A stretch of 42,930 nt of DNA, taken from an uncultured Lachnospiraceae bacterium (lineage in GTDB: Bacteria > Bacillota > Clostridia > Lachnospirales > Lachnospiraceae). The stretch is taken from positions 1-42,930 of the forward strand of contig CAZSAF010000001.1 of NCBI GenBank assembly GCA_964604605.1, given 5' to 3'. The translations under genes and the position numbers were made by a program. The notes beneath the pieces are model-generated. The model saw only the letters and a program-made list of their open reading frames with translations, had not been told where the DNA came from and made no database searches. Positions 18,595 to 27,977 of the stretch are shown piece by piece (position 1 is the first letter of the stretch; every line of letters starts with the position of its first letter).

Positions 18595-19668
18595 GGGAAG
18601 GGTGAAGGAGAACACGGCCCCGTGGTCGTGATTGTGGGCCTCAATGGTCCCGCCGTGGGCGGTGACAATGGTCTTGCAGATGGAAAGGCCGATGCCCATG
18701 CCCTTGGCGGCATCGCCGCTGCGGTTTTCCCGGGGATTGACGCCGTCAAAGATGGTGTCCAGCCGGTCCGGGGAAATGCCCACCCCAAAGTCGTACACGG
18801 AAAAGCAGACAAAGCCGTCCTGGGTGCAGATCCGGCATTCAATGGGCTGGGTGCTGTGGGAATGGCGGATGGCGTTCTCCATCAGGTTGATCAGCACCTG
18901 CTCAATGAGGGTGGGATCCATGGGGGCCAGGATCAGCTCGTCCGGCATGGTCACCCGGATGCTGGCGCCGGGAATCCGCTTTTTCAGCCGGGTAAGGGCC
19001 TCCGCCATCACCTCCTCCACCGCCTCCAGGGTTTTGTTGATCCGGGCGGTGCTCTTATCGCTGATCCGGGTGACGGAGAGCAGGTTTTCCACCATGTTCA
19101 ACAGCCATTCCCCGTCCTCGTGGACGTTCTGGATCAGCTGCCGTTTTTCCTCCTCGCTGAGGGAAGCGCCGTTTTCCAGATAGGTGGCGCTGGCGCCAAT
19201 GATGCCGGTTAGTGGCGTCCGCAGGTCGTGGGAGATGGCCCGTAGCAGGTTGGCCCGCATCCGCTCCTTCTCCGCCTCCAGCAAAATGTGCTCCCGCTCC
19301 CGGTTGATGCGGGTCTGCTCGGAAAGATGGGTGGTGGTGGTGCTGGTGATCAGCGTAATGGCCAGCATGCCGATGAAGGTTAAGGGATAGCCGGCCAGGG
19401 AAAAGTTCAGGGAGAAGAACGGGTAGGTGAAAAAGAAATTAACCGCAATGACGCTGGCCACGGAAGCGGCAATGCCCCAGAAATACCCGGTGGTATTCCG
19501 GGCAATGGTGACAATGGCCAGCATGTACAAAATGGCAATATTTACCGTGTTGTTGGCCAGGCTGCGGTAGAGAAAGGACAGCCCGGAGGCCGCCACCAGG
19601 GAACCGGCGGTGATGGCCAGGTTCCGGAGGAAGCGGGTCCGTGCTGTCTTGGTCTGTGCTTGTGTCAT
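18580..19668 (-). CDS. KdpD-like membrane sensor histidine kinase (4-TM DUF4118-type domain, HisKA, HATPase)
   Basis: Four TM helices with NFFFTYPFFS; H-box SHDLRTPL, N-box NLMENAIRH, DFGVG and GMGIGL. No N-terminal KdpD/Usp domain. Confidence 0.88.
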   Translation of the reverse strand: MTQAQTKTARTRFLRNLAITAGSLVAASGLSFLYRSLANNTVNIAILYMLAIVTIARNTTGYFWGIAASVASVIAVNFFFTYPFFSLNFSLAGYPLTFIGMLAITLITSTTTTHLSEQTRINREREHILLEAEKERMRANLLRAISHDLRTPLTGIIGASATYLENGASLSEEEKRQLIQNVHEDGEWLLNMVENLLSVTRISDKSTARINKTLEAVEEVMAEALTRLKKRIPGASIRVTMPDELILAPMDPTLIEQVLINLMENAIRHSHSTQPIECRICTQDGFVCFSVYDFGVGISPDRLDTIFDGVNPRENRSGDAAKGMGIGLSICKTIVTAHGGTIEAHNHDHGAVFSFTLPLQDA

Positions 19669-19740
19669 GAAAACATCTCCTTGGGTGACAGGCAGGGCGG
19701 AACGGCCCCGCAGGACTGTAGGCCGGGTGGCCCCGCCGGA

Positions 19741-20418
19741 TTACAGGCGGGCCGCGGCCAGGGCCAGCAGCATATTCTGGCGGGTAATACGGTACAGCTC
19801 CGAATCCCCGGTGACCCGCTGGATTTCCTCCAGGGCTTCCTCATAGACGGATACGGCGTTTTCATACCGGGAAGCCCGGTAGTAGAGGTCAGCCAGAGCC
19901 GCCAGGGCAGCGCCCAGGCGTACGTCCTCCGGATTGCCCTGGCACTGTGCCCGGGCAATTTCCAGCACCTTCTGCTGGTATTCCAGGGCCTCGGCAAACT
20001 GTTCCCGCTGCTGGTAGAGGCGGCTGAGGGTTTCCAGGGCCTCCGCCATGGGGCTGCCGGCTTCCATGCCGCGCTCCCGCCAGAAAGCCTCTGCCTTCCG
20101 GGCATAGTCCAGCCCCTGCTCGGTGCTTTCCGCCTCCAGGCAGGCGGAGGCAGCGTTCTGGAGCAGCGTGCCGTAGAGCTCCGCCTGGGCAAAGCCCATC
20201 CGCTCCGCCATCTCCAGGGCCTGGGCCGCGGTGGGAAGGGCTTCCGCCGGCCGCCCGGCTTTCCGGTACAGCTCCGTGAGCTCGTTGGTCAGGGTCAGGA
20301 TTGCTTGGGAATCCGGCTCTGCCTGGCGCAGGTTTTCCTGCAAAAGGGTCTCCGCTTTTTCCCAATCCTTCTGGGCGAGAAGCGCATCCAACTGCTGAAA
20401 TAGAACAGACAAATTCAT
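19741..20418 (-). CDS. Tetratricopeptide repeat protein
   Basis: Repeated helical units (LTELYRKAGRPAEAL, LSRLYQQREQFAEALEY, LADLYYRASRYENAVSVY); ATG at 20418. Confidence 0.8.
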   Translation of the reverse strand: MNLSVLFQQLDALLAQKDWEKAETLLQENLRQAEPDSQAILTLTNELTELYRKAGRPAEALPTAAQALEMAERMGFAQAELYGTLLQNAASACLEAESTEQGLDYARKAEAFWRERGMEAGSPMAEALETLSRLYQQREQFAEALEYQQKVLEIARAQCQGNPEDVRLGAALAALADLYYRASRYENAVSVYEEALEEIQRVTGDSELYRITRQNMLLALAAARL

Positions 20419-20509
20419 GATATTGATTCCTTTCCATAAAAATCCGATATTTCCTACCAGTTTAGCACGGAAAGGCCGGAAAAGCAAATCGGATTCAGGA
20501 GGTAGACGA

Positions 20510-21421
20510 GTGGATACAAGAGAAATAGGGCAAATGCGGCGGTGCGCCGGCCGTCTGGCGCTGGGATTTTTTTGGATGCTGGTTCTCTCCATTGCCGCGC
20601 AGCTGGGCCTTCAGCTGTTGCTGCGGCGCTTTTGGCCGGAAGCGCTGGCGCAGGAGTGGGTGACCTGGTTGCTGTTGGCGGTCCAGTATCTGGTGGGCAT
20701 TCCGTCCGTCCTTTTGTGTGCCGGCCGGCTTCCCACCCGGGCGCCGGCGCGACAGCCCCTTTCGGCCGGGAAGCTGGCGGAGTATTTTCTGGCTGGCTAT
20801 GCCCTGATGTACCTGGGCAATTTGGCGGGCAATCTGCTGAGCGGGATTTTCTCCCGAATTTTGAGCCAGAGCGTGTCCAATCAGGTGGCAGAGCTGGTTA
20901 CCTCCTCCTCTTTCTGGATGAACCTGCTGCTGGTTTCGGTTTTGGCTCCCGTGGTGGAGGAATTCCTGTTCCGGAAGGTGATTCTGGACCGGCTGCTGCC
21001 CTTTGGGGAGAAGCCGGCGGTGGTGGTTTCCGCCCTGATGTTTGGCCTCTTCCATGGAAACCTGTACCAGGTTTTCTATGCGTTTTTGGTGGGGATGGTG
21101 CTGGGGCTGGCCTACGTCCGCAGCGGGCGGCTGGGCTGCTCCATTCTGCTGCATATCTTGTTTAACTTCCTGGGCAGCGTGCTGGCCTCCCGGGTGCTGG
21201 CGGCCGGGTCGGTGGTACTCCTGAATTTCTACGTGATTTTTCTGCTTTCTCTGGCAGCGGCCGGGTTGGCCTTCCTGCTGGCGGACCGGCAGAGCTTCCG
21301 GTTCCGGCGAACCGGGGAGGAGCAGCCGCCGGCGGCCTGGCGCCAGGCGCTGGTCCGCAGCCCCGGGGTATGGCTGTTTGTGCTGGGCTGTGGGTCGCTG
21401 TTTGTGTGGAACCTGCTGTAG
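20510..21421 (+). CDS. CPBP (CAAX/Abi) family intramembrane metalloprotease
   Basis: EEFLFR, FGLFH and LLHILFN motifs; multiple TM helices; GTG after AGGAGG. Confidence 0.9.
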   Translation: MDTREIGQMRRCAGRLALGFFWMLVLSIAAQLGLQLLLRRFWPEALAQEWVTWLLLAVQYLVGIPSVLLCAGRLPTRAPARQPLSAGKLAEYFLAGYALMYLGNLAGNLLSGIFSRILSQSVSNQVAELVTSSSFWMNLLLVSVLAPVVEEFLFRKVILDRLLPFGEKPAVVVSALMFGLFHGNLYQVFYAFLVGMVLGLAYVRSGRLGCSILLHILFNFLGSVLASRVLAAGSVVLLNFYVIFLLSLAAAGLAFLLADRQSFRFRRTGEEQPPAAWRQALVRSPGVWLFVLGCGSLFVWNLL

Positions 21422-21478
21422 AGAAAGAGAATGGGCCGCTTTGCTGGAAAATGAGAATTTTCCATACGCAAGAACGCT

Positions 21479-22416
21479 TTACTCCTCCGGGAAGGAGATT
21501 TTTTCCCGCAGCTTCCTGTTGATCAGCAGTACGCCCACGGCGGTGCCCAGAAAGGCTCCCACCACCGGGATCAGGGCGGTAAAACCCACCAGGGCAGAGA
21601 TGGTGGGGCGTAGGAAAAGCCCAGGAGCAGCATGCCCAGGTAGCAGAGAACGCCAATGATCAGGGCTTCCACGCACTGGCCGGCCACAAAGCGGGAACAG
21701 ACCTGGTAGGAGAGGGCGGAGAGGGAAAAAATCCGCTCCACCGCCGCCTCCGACAGCACCGCCAGCAGGAGCTTCTTGGTCTGATAGGACAGGGACTCTT
21801 TGCTGCAGAGCATATACAGGGCAAAGGTGAAGCCGAAGACCAGGTTGACAAAGCCGTGGACCAGGGTGCCGGCCAGGTTCACCGCGCCGCCCACCGCTCC
21901 GGCCAGGGAGGGATCCTCCCCCTGGGAGAACAGGGCGGCCAGCAGTTCCTCCAGCCGGGCCTCATCCAGGGTCAGTCATTCCAGGAAGCGGGGGGAAATC
22001 CCCCATTTCCCCAGAAAGGAAACGGAAAAATCCCGCAGCTCCTCCAGGTACGCCGGCAGAATCTGCGCCAGGGAGAGCAGGGAGGCGCGCAGCTGCGGAA
22101 GGATCAGCAGGATCAGCAGAAGCAGCAGGCCCACGGTAAACAGCAGGCTCAGGGCAATGGCCAGAGGCCGCCGGATTTTGACAAAGAGGCGGTTTTCCCG
22201 CCAGGGCAGCAGCGGAAAAAGACGTTCCTCCAGAGCGGTCAGGGGTACGTTCAGCACAAAGGCAATGCCAAAGCCGATGAGCAGCGGGGAGAGAATCCCC
22301 AGAAGCCAGGAAATCCCCCGGGCCACGGCGCCCAGGTTTTGCAGGCCCAGATACAGTACCACCGTGTAGGTAATCAGCCGCAGCAGCGTGCGGATGGTGC
22401 GGGAATGAAAGTCCAG
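21479..22416 (-). pseudogene. AI-2E (PerM/TqsA-like) transporter pseudogene
   Basis: Fragments PLLIGFGIAFVLNVP, FALYMLCSKE, GQCVEALIIG and ALIPVVGAFLG. In-frame TGA at 21976-21978, frameshift near 21605, missing C-terminal helices (no QQxEGN region), only CTG/ATT at the start position. Confidence 0.8.
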
Positions 22417-22571
22417 GACAATCGCCTCCCTGTTTGGTATTCGCAGGTACCGTACCAGAGAACGCAGCGCCTGTCAACGGGGCATCCCCCGCAGTCTGCG
22501 ACAGAAAAGGCCGGAACCGGACGGTATCCGGCGGCAGCCGGGAGGAAAAAGCGGGAAAGGAGGCGGAAAAG

Positions 22572-22859
22572 GTGGAAAAAGAAAAGGAAAATCCGGTTCA
22601 TTTTGTGTACATACTCCGCTGCCGGGACGGCAGCCTATATACCGGATGGACCACCCATCTGGAGGAGCGGGTCCGCACCCACAACCTGGGGAGAGGCGCC
22701 AAGTACACCCGCAGCCGCCGGCCGGTGCAGCTGGTCTACTGGGAGCAATACCCGGATAAAGGGCAGGCGCTGCGCCGGGAGCAGGCCATCAAGCGGTTGA
22801 GCCGGGAGGAAAAGCTGGCGCTGATCCGGAATAGGCAGGAACCCGTGGGGGGATCTTAA
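22572..22859 (+). CDS. GIY-YIG nuclease family protein (UPF0213/YazA-like)
   Basis: FVYILRCRDGSLYTGWT, HNLGRGAKYTRSRRPV, ALRREQAIK. Start codon uncertain. Confidence 0.85.
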   Translation: MEKEKENPVHFVYILRCRDGSLYTGWTTHLEERVRTHNLGRGAKYTRSRRPVQLVYWEQYPDKGQALRREQAIKRLSREEKLALIRNRQEPVGGS

Positions 22860-22871
22860 GAATTTCTTCCC

Positions 22872-22927
22872 TTGCCAGCCACTATTCTGTGTGATATATT
22901 CCAGGTGTACTAGTAATCATAGTACAC
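22872..22927 (+). promoter_or_regulatory. Promoter and YtrA-type operator
   Basis: TTGCCA-17-TATATT with extended TGn; inverted repeat GTGTACTA-N7-TAGTACAC (22905-22927), equivalent to GTGTA-N13-TACAC, the spacing described for Bacillus YtrA. Confidence 0.8.
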
Positions 22928-22954
22928 TTAGAATAGAAAGGGAGGAGGCAGCGG

Positions 22955-23335
22955 ATGTTCCAGATTGACGTTATGAGCCGCAAACCGGTGTACGAGCAGC
23001 TAATTAACCAGATGGAACGATTTATTCTGACCGGGGTCATGCACCAGGACGATCAGATCCCGTCCGTCCGGAGCCTTTCGGTGGAATTGGCGGTGAATCC
23101 AAACACCATACAGAAAGCTTACTCGGAGCTGGACCGGCGGGGCATCACCTACTCGGTCCCCGGCCGGGGCCGTTTTGTGGCGGCCGGGGCCGTGGAACGG
23201 ATTGGGGAGAGAAGGAGGAGTAAATTGAAGGAATTTATTGCGCTGGTCAGCGAACTGGCTTTGGCAGGAATTAAAAAGGAAGAGATTATTGCCTGCGTGG
23301 AGGAGGCCTTTCAGGAGAAGGAGGCGGCGCAATGA
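22955..23335 (+). CDS. GntR family regulator, YtrA subfamily
   Basis: PVYEQL, PSVRSLS, VNPNTIQKAYSEL, PGRGRFV; short 126-aa protein ahead of ABC genes. Confidence 0.92.
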   Translation: MFQIDVMSRKPVYEQLINQMERFILTGVMHQDDQIPSVRSLSVELAVNPNTIQKAYSELDRRGITYSVPGRGRFVAAGAVERIGERRRSKLKEFIALVSELALAGIKKEEIIACVEEAFQEKEAAQ

Positions 23336-24270
23336 TCAAAGTGAGAGAGCTTACCAAACGGTTTGAGGATTTTACGGCGCTGAATCAGATTTCCTGTACC
23401 ATCCCCCACGGCTGCATTTATGGCATGGTGGGCTCCAATGGAGCGGGCAAATCCACCTTTCTACGGCTGGTCACCGGCGTCTACCGGCCGGACGCAGGGC
23501 AGGTGGAGATGGATGGGGCGCCGGTTTATGAGAACCCAACGATGAAATCCCAGATTGCCTACGTGCCGGATGACCTGTTTTTCCTGGGCGGCGCCTCCAT
23601 GGACCGGATGGCCCGGCTGTACGAATCGGTTTATCCGGATTTCAACCGGAACCGGTATCAGTACCTGACGGAAAATTTTGGCCTGAACCCCAAAAAGCCG
23701 GTGTACAATTTTTCCAAGGGTATGAAGCGCCAGGCCGCCATTGTGCTGGCCCTGTCCGCCCATCCCCGGTATCTGTTCTTCGACGAAACCTTTGACGGGC
23801 TGGACCCGGTGATGCGGAATCTGGTTAAATCCCTGATCTGTGAGGATGTGCTGGAGCGGCAGGCTACGGCGATCATCACCTCCCATTCCCTGCGGGAGCT
23901 GGAGGATATCTGCGATCAGCTGGCACTGCTGCACCAGGGCGGACTGGTATTGGAGAGCGATGTCCAGAACCTGAAAACTTCCCTGTTCAAGGTGCAGGTG
24001 GCTTTCCGCCAGGAGTATAATGAAAAACTGTTTGAGGGAATTGAGCTGCTCCACTATTCCAAACGGGGCTCGGTGTCCAACCTGATTGTCCGGGGCCAGC
24101 AGGAGGAGACGGTAGCCAAAATTGCCGCCCTGCATCCGGTGCTGCTGGACGTACTTCCTCTGACGCTGGAGGAGGTCTTTACCTATGAGATGGAAGCCCT
24201 GGGTTACTATTTTGACCCCAGCGGTTATGGCTTTGTGGAGGAGGGAAAGTATGAAAAAAAGCTGGTTTGA
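23332..24270 (+). CDS. ABC transporter ATP-binding protein (YtrB-like)
   Basis: Walker A GSNGAGKST, signature FSKGMKRQ, Walker B FFDETFDGLD, H-loop TSH. Confidence 0.92.
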   Translation: MIKVRELTKRFEDFTALNQISCTIPHGCIYGMVGSNGAGKSTFLRLVTGVYRPDAGQVEMDGAPVYENPTMKSQIAYVPDDLFFLGGASMDRMARLYESVYPDFNRNRYQYLTENFGLNPKKPVYNFSKGMKRQAAIVLALSAHPRYLFFDETFDGLDPVMRNLVKSLICEDVLERQATAIITSHSLRELEDICDQLALLHQGGLVLESDVQNLKTSLFKVQVAFRQEYNEKLFEGIELLHYSKRGSVSNLIVRGQQEETVAKIAALHPVLLDVLPLTLEEVFTYEMEALGYYFDPSGYGFVEEGKYEKKLV

Positions 24271-26491
24271 TGTCCGTCTGTACCGGGAAGGGCTGCGGCA
24301 GCTGCGGGTCATCGGAATCCTGAGCCTGGTGCTGATGACGCTGGCCGCCGTGCTGGTGCCGGTGGGCCGGGCCATCAACGTATCGGCCGGCCAGGCTGCG
24401 TATCTGGCCCGGGGGGAGGTGTTTGCGCCGGAGACCCTGACCTTCCTGGGCGCCCATCCCCTGCTGGTCCTGAGCTTTCCGGTGCTGGCTCCGGTGCTGA
24501 GCCTGTATCTGTTCCACTTTCTGGACCGGCGGGATGCCTGTGATTTCTATCACGCCATTCCCCAGACCCGGGGATGCCTGTACCGCAGCTTTGCGGCAGC
24601 GCTGGCCACCTGGTTGCTGGCGGTGATCCTGGTCTCCTCCCTGGCCAGTGTGGTAACCTGCCAGCTGCTGGGACGGTATCTGACCCTGACCTTTTCCTCC
24701 ATTCCGGCGGTGCTGTTGAATCTGACCGCTGCCACTCTGCTGGTGGCTGCGGCGGCGGTGCTGGCCACCACCCTCACCGGCACCCTGTTCACCAATATGG
24801 TGGTGGCCCTGCTGATCCTCTTTCTGCCCCGGGCGATCCTGATGGTGGTGAGCATCTTCCTGGGTTCCTCCATGCCCTACGTCAGTGAGACACATCTGTT
24901 CCCGTTTTTGGACTATTCCTGGAACGTGGTGGTGGGCACCTGCGTGGGATGGTTTGAGGGAAGCTTTGTGACGGTGCTCTACCGCTGGCAATCCGGCGTG
25001 TACACGCTGGTGCTGGCCCTGCTCTATCTGGTTGCGGCCGGCGTGTGCTTTGGGCACCGGAGCAGTGAGGCGGCCGGCCAGGCAGCCCTGAGCCGGCGCC
25101 TGCAGCTGGTGTTCCGGCTGGCGGTCTCTTTGACGGTGTGCCTGCTGCCCATTGGTATGATCTATAATTTCCTCACCGGCGTCAGCAGCGTCAGCAGCAG
25201 CTGGTTCTTTACCCTGATGGTTCTGTATCTGGTGGCAGTGATCGCATACTTCCTGTATGAGCTGATGGCCACCCGCAAGCTGCAGAACCTGGCCCGGGCG
25301 GTGCCGGGGCTGGGTGTGCTGGCGGTGCTGAACGTGGTGTTTTTGTTCGGTATGTTTGGGATCTACCGCTATACCTCCTCCCAGCAGCCCGGCCCGGAAG
25401 AGATCACCAGTGTCTCCATTCAGGCGGACGGCACCTATTGGCTCAGTTCCTCCAGCACCCAGAACGGACAGCAGGTTTTGGACTATTTTGATGTGCTTTT
25501 GGAGGATGTGCAGCTGGATTCCCTGGAGGTGCGGAACATGGTGAGCCAGCGGCTGCGCCAGACCATTGGCTATTACAGTGGAAACGGGGATTCGGAGGCA
25601 AAACAGCTCTTTAGCAGCGGGGAAAACTGGCAGCAGCTGCTGCGGATTCAGGTGGGAAACCGCATCCTTTACCGGAATGTTCTGCTGACATCGGCGGACC
25701 GGCAGCTGCTGGTCCGGGAGCTGCAGCAGCGGGAGGAGGTCCAGGCCATCTACCGGAATCTGCCGGAGGGCGGACAGCGGGAGACCACCATCTGGTCCAA
25801 CGGCGGATTGAACAACGCCGCGGCGGAGCGGGTCTATGCGACCCTGCGGGCGGAGGTGGCAGAGATGGACTTTTCCCAGTGGTATAACCTGGCAGAACAC
25901 CAGTACAGCCGGGAGGGCAACACGGTGATAGACTACCTGTCCATGAGCACCTATGTGGACAACCGGCTGCTGGGAACCGAGCTGCCCATCTCCACGCAGA
26001 TGCCGGAAACCTTCCGGGTTTATATGGAGGAGCAGAAGGCCGCCTCGGAGGATGCGCTGCAGGCGATGCTCCGGGCCCTGGAAGATGGCTCCGGCCTGCT
26101 GGTGGATCTGTACTGCGGCGGCTATGAGGATGGCAGATTCACCTTCTACGGAAATCAGAGCTTTGTCTTTAACCCTTATGAGGAGGAGACGGAAGCGGAA
26201 CCGGCAGAGGAAAGCATGATTCTCACGGAGACGGAGGCGGTGGATCAGGCGGCCTCGGGGACGGAAGATGAGGCCGCTGTGCGGGAATCCAGCCGCAAAA
26301 CCGGGAAGGCGCTGTATGCGCTGCTCCAGGCTAAGGCGGCGGAGCCGGTGGAAGCCGGAAGGGACTTTCTAAATGTCCAGGTTACCTATTTTGCGGACGG
26401 GGAATACCGCAATCTGGATGTGTATGTGGCAGCCAGCCGGGAAGAGCTGGCCCAGGCCATGGGAGACCTGCTGGTCTTGCAGGAATCCTGA
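24251..26491 (+). CDS. ABC-2 type permease (YtrC-like) with a large C-terminal soluble domain
   Basis: DFYHAIPQTR permease loop, about 10 hydrophobic segments, then a long acidic hydrophilic region. Confidence 0.8.
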   Translation: MKKSWFDVRLYREGLRQLRVIGILSLVLMTLAAVLVPVGRAINVSAGQAAYLARGEVFAPETLTFLGAHPLLVLSFPVLAPVLSLYLFHFLDRRDACDFYHAIPQTRGCLYRSFAAALATWLLAVILVSSLASVVTCQLLGRYLTLTFSSIPAVLLNLTAATLLVAAAAVLATTLTGTLFTNMVVALLILFLPRAILMVVSIFLGSSMPYVSETHLFPFLDYSWNVVVGTCVGWFEGSFVTVLYRWQSGVYTLVLALLYLVAAGVCFGHRSSEAAGQAALSRRLQLVFRLAVSLTVCLLPIGMIYNFLTGVSSVSSSWFFTLMVLYLVAVIAYFLYELMATRKLQNLARAVPGLGVLAVLNVVFLFGMFGIYRYTSSQQPGPEEITSVSIQADGTYWLSSSSTQNGQQVLDYFDVLLEDVQLDSLEVRNMVSQRLRQTIGYYSGNGDSEAKQLFSSGENWQQLLRIQVGNRILYRNVLLTSADRQLLVRELQQREEVQAIYRNLPEGGQRETTIWSNGGLNNAAAERVYATLRAEVAEMDFSQWYNLAEHQYSREGNTVIDYLSMSTYVDNRLLGTELPISTQMPETFRVYMEEQKAASEDALQAMLRALEDGSGLLVDLYCGGYEDGRFTFYGNQSFVFNPYEEETEAEPAEESMILTETEAVDQAASGTEDEAAVRESSRKTGKALYALLQAKAAEPVEAGRDFLNVQVTYFADGEYRNLDVYVAASREELAQAMGDLLVLQES

Positions 26492-26513
26492 AATAAACCG
26501 CAGAGACAGTAAA

Positions 26514-26567
26514 AAAGAGGGCGGGCAGCTGGCGTATTCCAGCTACCCGTCCTCTTTCCATTCGGTG
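26514..26567. terminator. Bidirectional terminator-like hairpin
   Basis: AAAGAGGGCGGGCAGCTGG-N6-CCAGCTACCCGTCCTCTTT between convergent genes. Confidence 0.7.
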
Positions 26568-26590
26568 CGCCTGGCGGCACACCGCCGCAA

Positions 26591-26725
26591 TCAATTTTTC
26601 TTTCCGCCGGTGAGCTTGCTCATAATCCAAACGGCAATAATAATCACCAGGGAGGCGGCAAAGATTCCCGCCATGCCTTTCCAGAGAATATCCAGCGCAA
26701 CCCAAAAGGTTTCCATTGTACTCAT
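26591..26725 (-). CDS. 44-aa single-TM protein, OadG-like small subunit
   Basis: Manual translation MSTMETFWVALDILWKGMAGIFAASLVIIIAVWIMSKLTGGKKN; AGGAGG RBS; GM-x-x-x-F TM motif as in OadG N-termini; directly downstream of the oadB homolog. Below the ORF-track size cutoff. Confidence 0.8.
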   Translation of the reverse strand: MSTMETFWVALDILWKGMAGIFAASLVIIIAVWIMSKLTGGKKN

Positions 26726-26746
26726 TTCCCGCTTCCTCCTTTCTTC

Positions 26747-27883
26747 TTACAGGAACTGGCTGACCAGGCTGATGACCAGGCCGCCGGCCACAACCGAAGC
26801 AATCTGGCCGGAGACGTTGGCGCCCGCCGCATGCATCAGGATGATGTTGGTGGGATCCTCCTCCTGGGCCATCTTCTGGACTACCCGGGAAGCCATGGGG
26901 AAGGCGGAAATGCCCGCCGCGCCGATCATGGGGTTGATCTTTTCCTTCCGGAACAGGTTCAGGATTTTGGCAAATACCACGCCGCCGATGGTGTCAAAGA
27001 CAAAGGCCAGCAGGCCGATGACCATGATCAGGATGGTTTCCGGCTGTACAAATTCCTCCGCCCGCATGCTGAAGGAGATGGTGATGCCCAGCAGCAGGGT
27101 GATCAGGTTGGCCAGGTTGTCCTGGGCGGTCTGGGAAAGGGTCTTGACTACGCCGCACTCCCGCAGCAGGTTGCCGAACATCAGGAAGCCCACCAGGGCC
27201 ACCGAGGACGGGGCAATGAAGCCCACGATAAAGGTTACCACAATGGGGAACGCAATCCGCATGGGACGGCTGACGGTTCCTGCATGGTATTTCATGTGAA
27301 TCCGCCGCTCCTTCTTGGTGGTGACCAGCTTAATGGCAAAAGGCTGGACAATGGGCACCAGAGCCATGTAGGAGTAGGCCGCCACGGCAATGGGGCCGAT
27401 GTACCGGGAATTTAAGATCTGGGACACCAGGATGGAGGTGGGGCCATCGGCGGCGCCAATGATACCCACGGAGGCGGCATCCTTCAGGTCAAAGCCCAGC
27501 AGCGCGGCAGCACAGATTGCGAAAAAGATGCCGAACTGGGCGGCGGCGCCAAACAGGAACATCACCGGCTGGGATAGCAGGGGGCCAAAGTCAATCATGG
27601 CGCCGATGCCGATAAACAGCAGGATGGGCATGGCCTCGGAGGCCTCAATCCCCACCTCAAACAGCCACTGGATAATGCCGTGGGTAGCCACCTTTCCTTC
27701 CACCAGCTGGTCAATCACACCGCTCATGGGCAGGTTGACCAGAATGGCGCCGAAGCCCATGGGCAGCAGCAGCGACGGCTCGTACTCTTTTTTGACAGCC
27801 AGGTAGATCAGCACAATGCCGACGACGTACATGACCACCTGCTGCCAGGTTACATTCATCAAGCCTTCCACTAAAAAGTCCAT
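26747..27883 (-). CDS. Sodium-translocating decarboxylase beta-subunit family protein (OadB/GcdB/MmdB)
   Basis: EPSLLLPMGFG, GIGAMIDFGPLL, GAAAQFGIF, IIGAADGPT, AYSYMALVP, NPMIGAAGISAFP and GANVSGQIAS motifs. Confidence 0.92.
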   Translation of the reverse strand: MDFLVEGLMNVTWQQVVMYVVGIVLIYLAVKKEYEPSLLLPMGFGAILVNLPMSGVIDQLVEGKVATHGIIQWLFEVGIEASEAMPILLFIGIGAMIDFGPLLSQPVMFLFGAAAQFGIFFAICAAALLGFDLKDAASVGIIGAADGPTSILVSQILNSRYIGPIAVAAYSYMALVPIVQPFAIKLVTTKKERRIHMKYHAGTVSRPMRIAFPIVVTFIVGFIAPSSVALVGFLMFGNLLRECGVVKTLSQTAQDNLANLITLLLGITISFSMRAEEFVQPETILIMVIGLLAFVFDTIGGVVFAKILNLFRKEKINPMIGAAGISAFPMASRVVQKMAQEEDPTNIILMHAAGANVSGQIASVVAGGLVISLVSQFL

Positions 27884-27935
27884 AGTTTTTCTCTCAGTCT
27901 CCTTTGTCTCTGAATTTTGGAATTCCTTCATTTAT

Positions 27936-27977
27936 ATTAAAAAGACTTTTGCACGTTTAATACCGCGCAAAAGTCTT
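27936..27977 (-). terminator. Leader terminator (riboswitch expression platform) upstream of the oadB homolog
   Basis: Minus-strand AAGACUUUUGCGCG-loop-CGUGCAAAAGUCUU followed by U residues; its 5' arm is the 3' strand of the aptamer P1. Confidence 0.8.

Noticed and set aside
21976-21978. In-frame TGA as possible selenocysteine or recoding
   Set aside because: The same gene also has a frameshift and a deletion, the site is not a catalytic Cys position, and other genes here use TGA as a normal stop.
22572-22859. GIY-YIG gene as a homing endonuclease or mobile element
   Set aside because: It is the short stand-alone UPF0213 type with no DNA-binding extension and no intron context.
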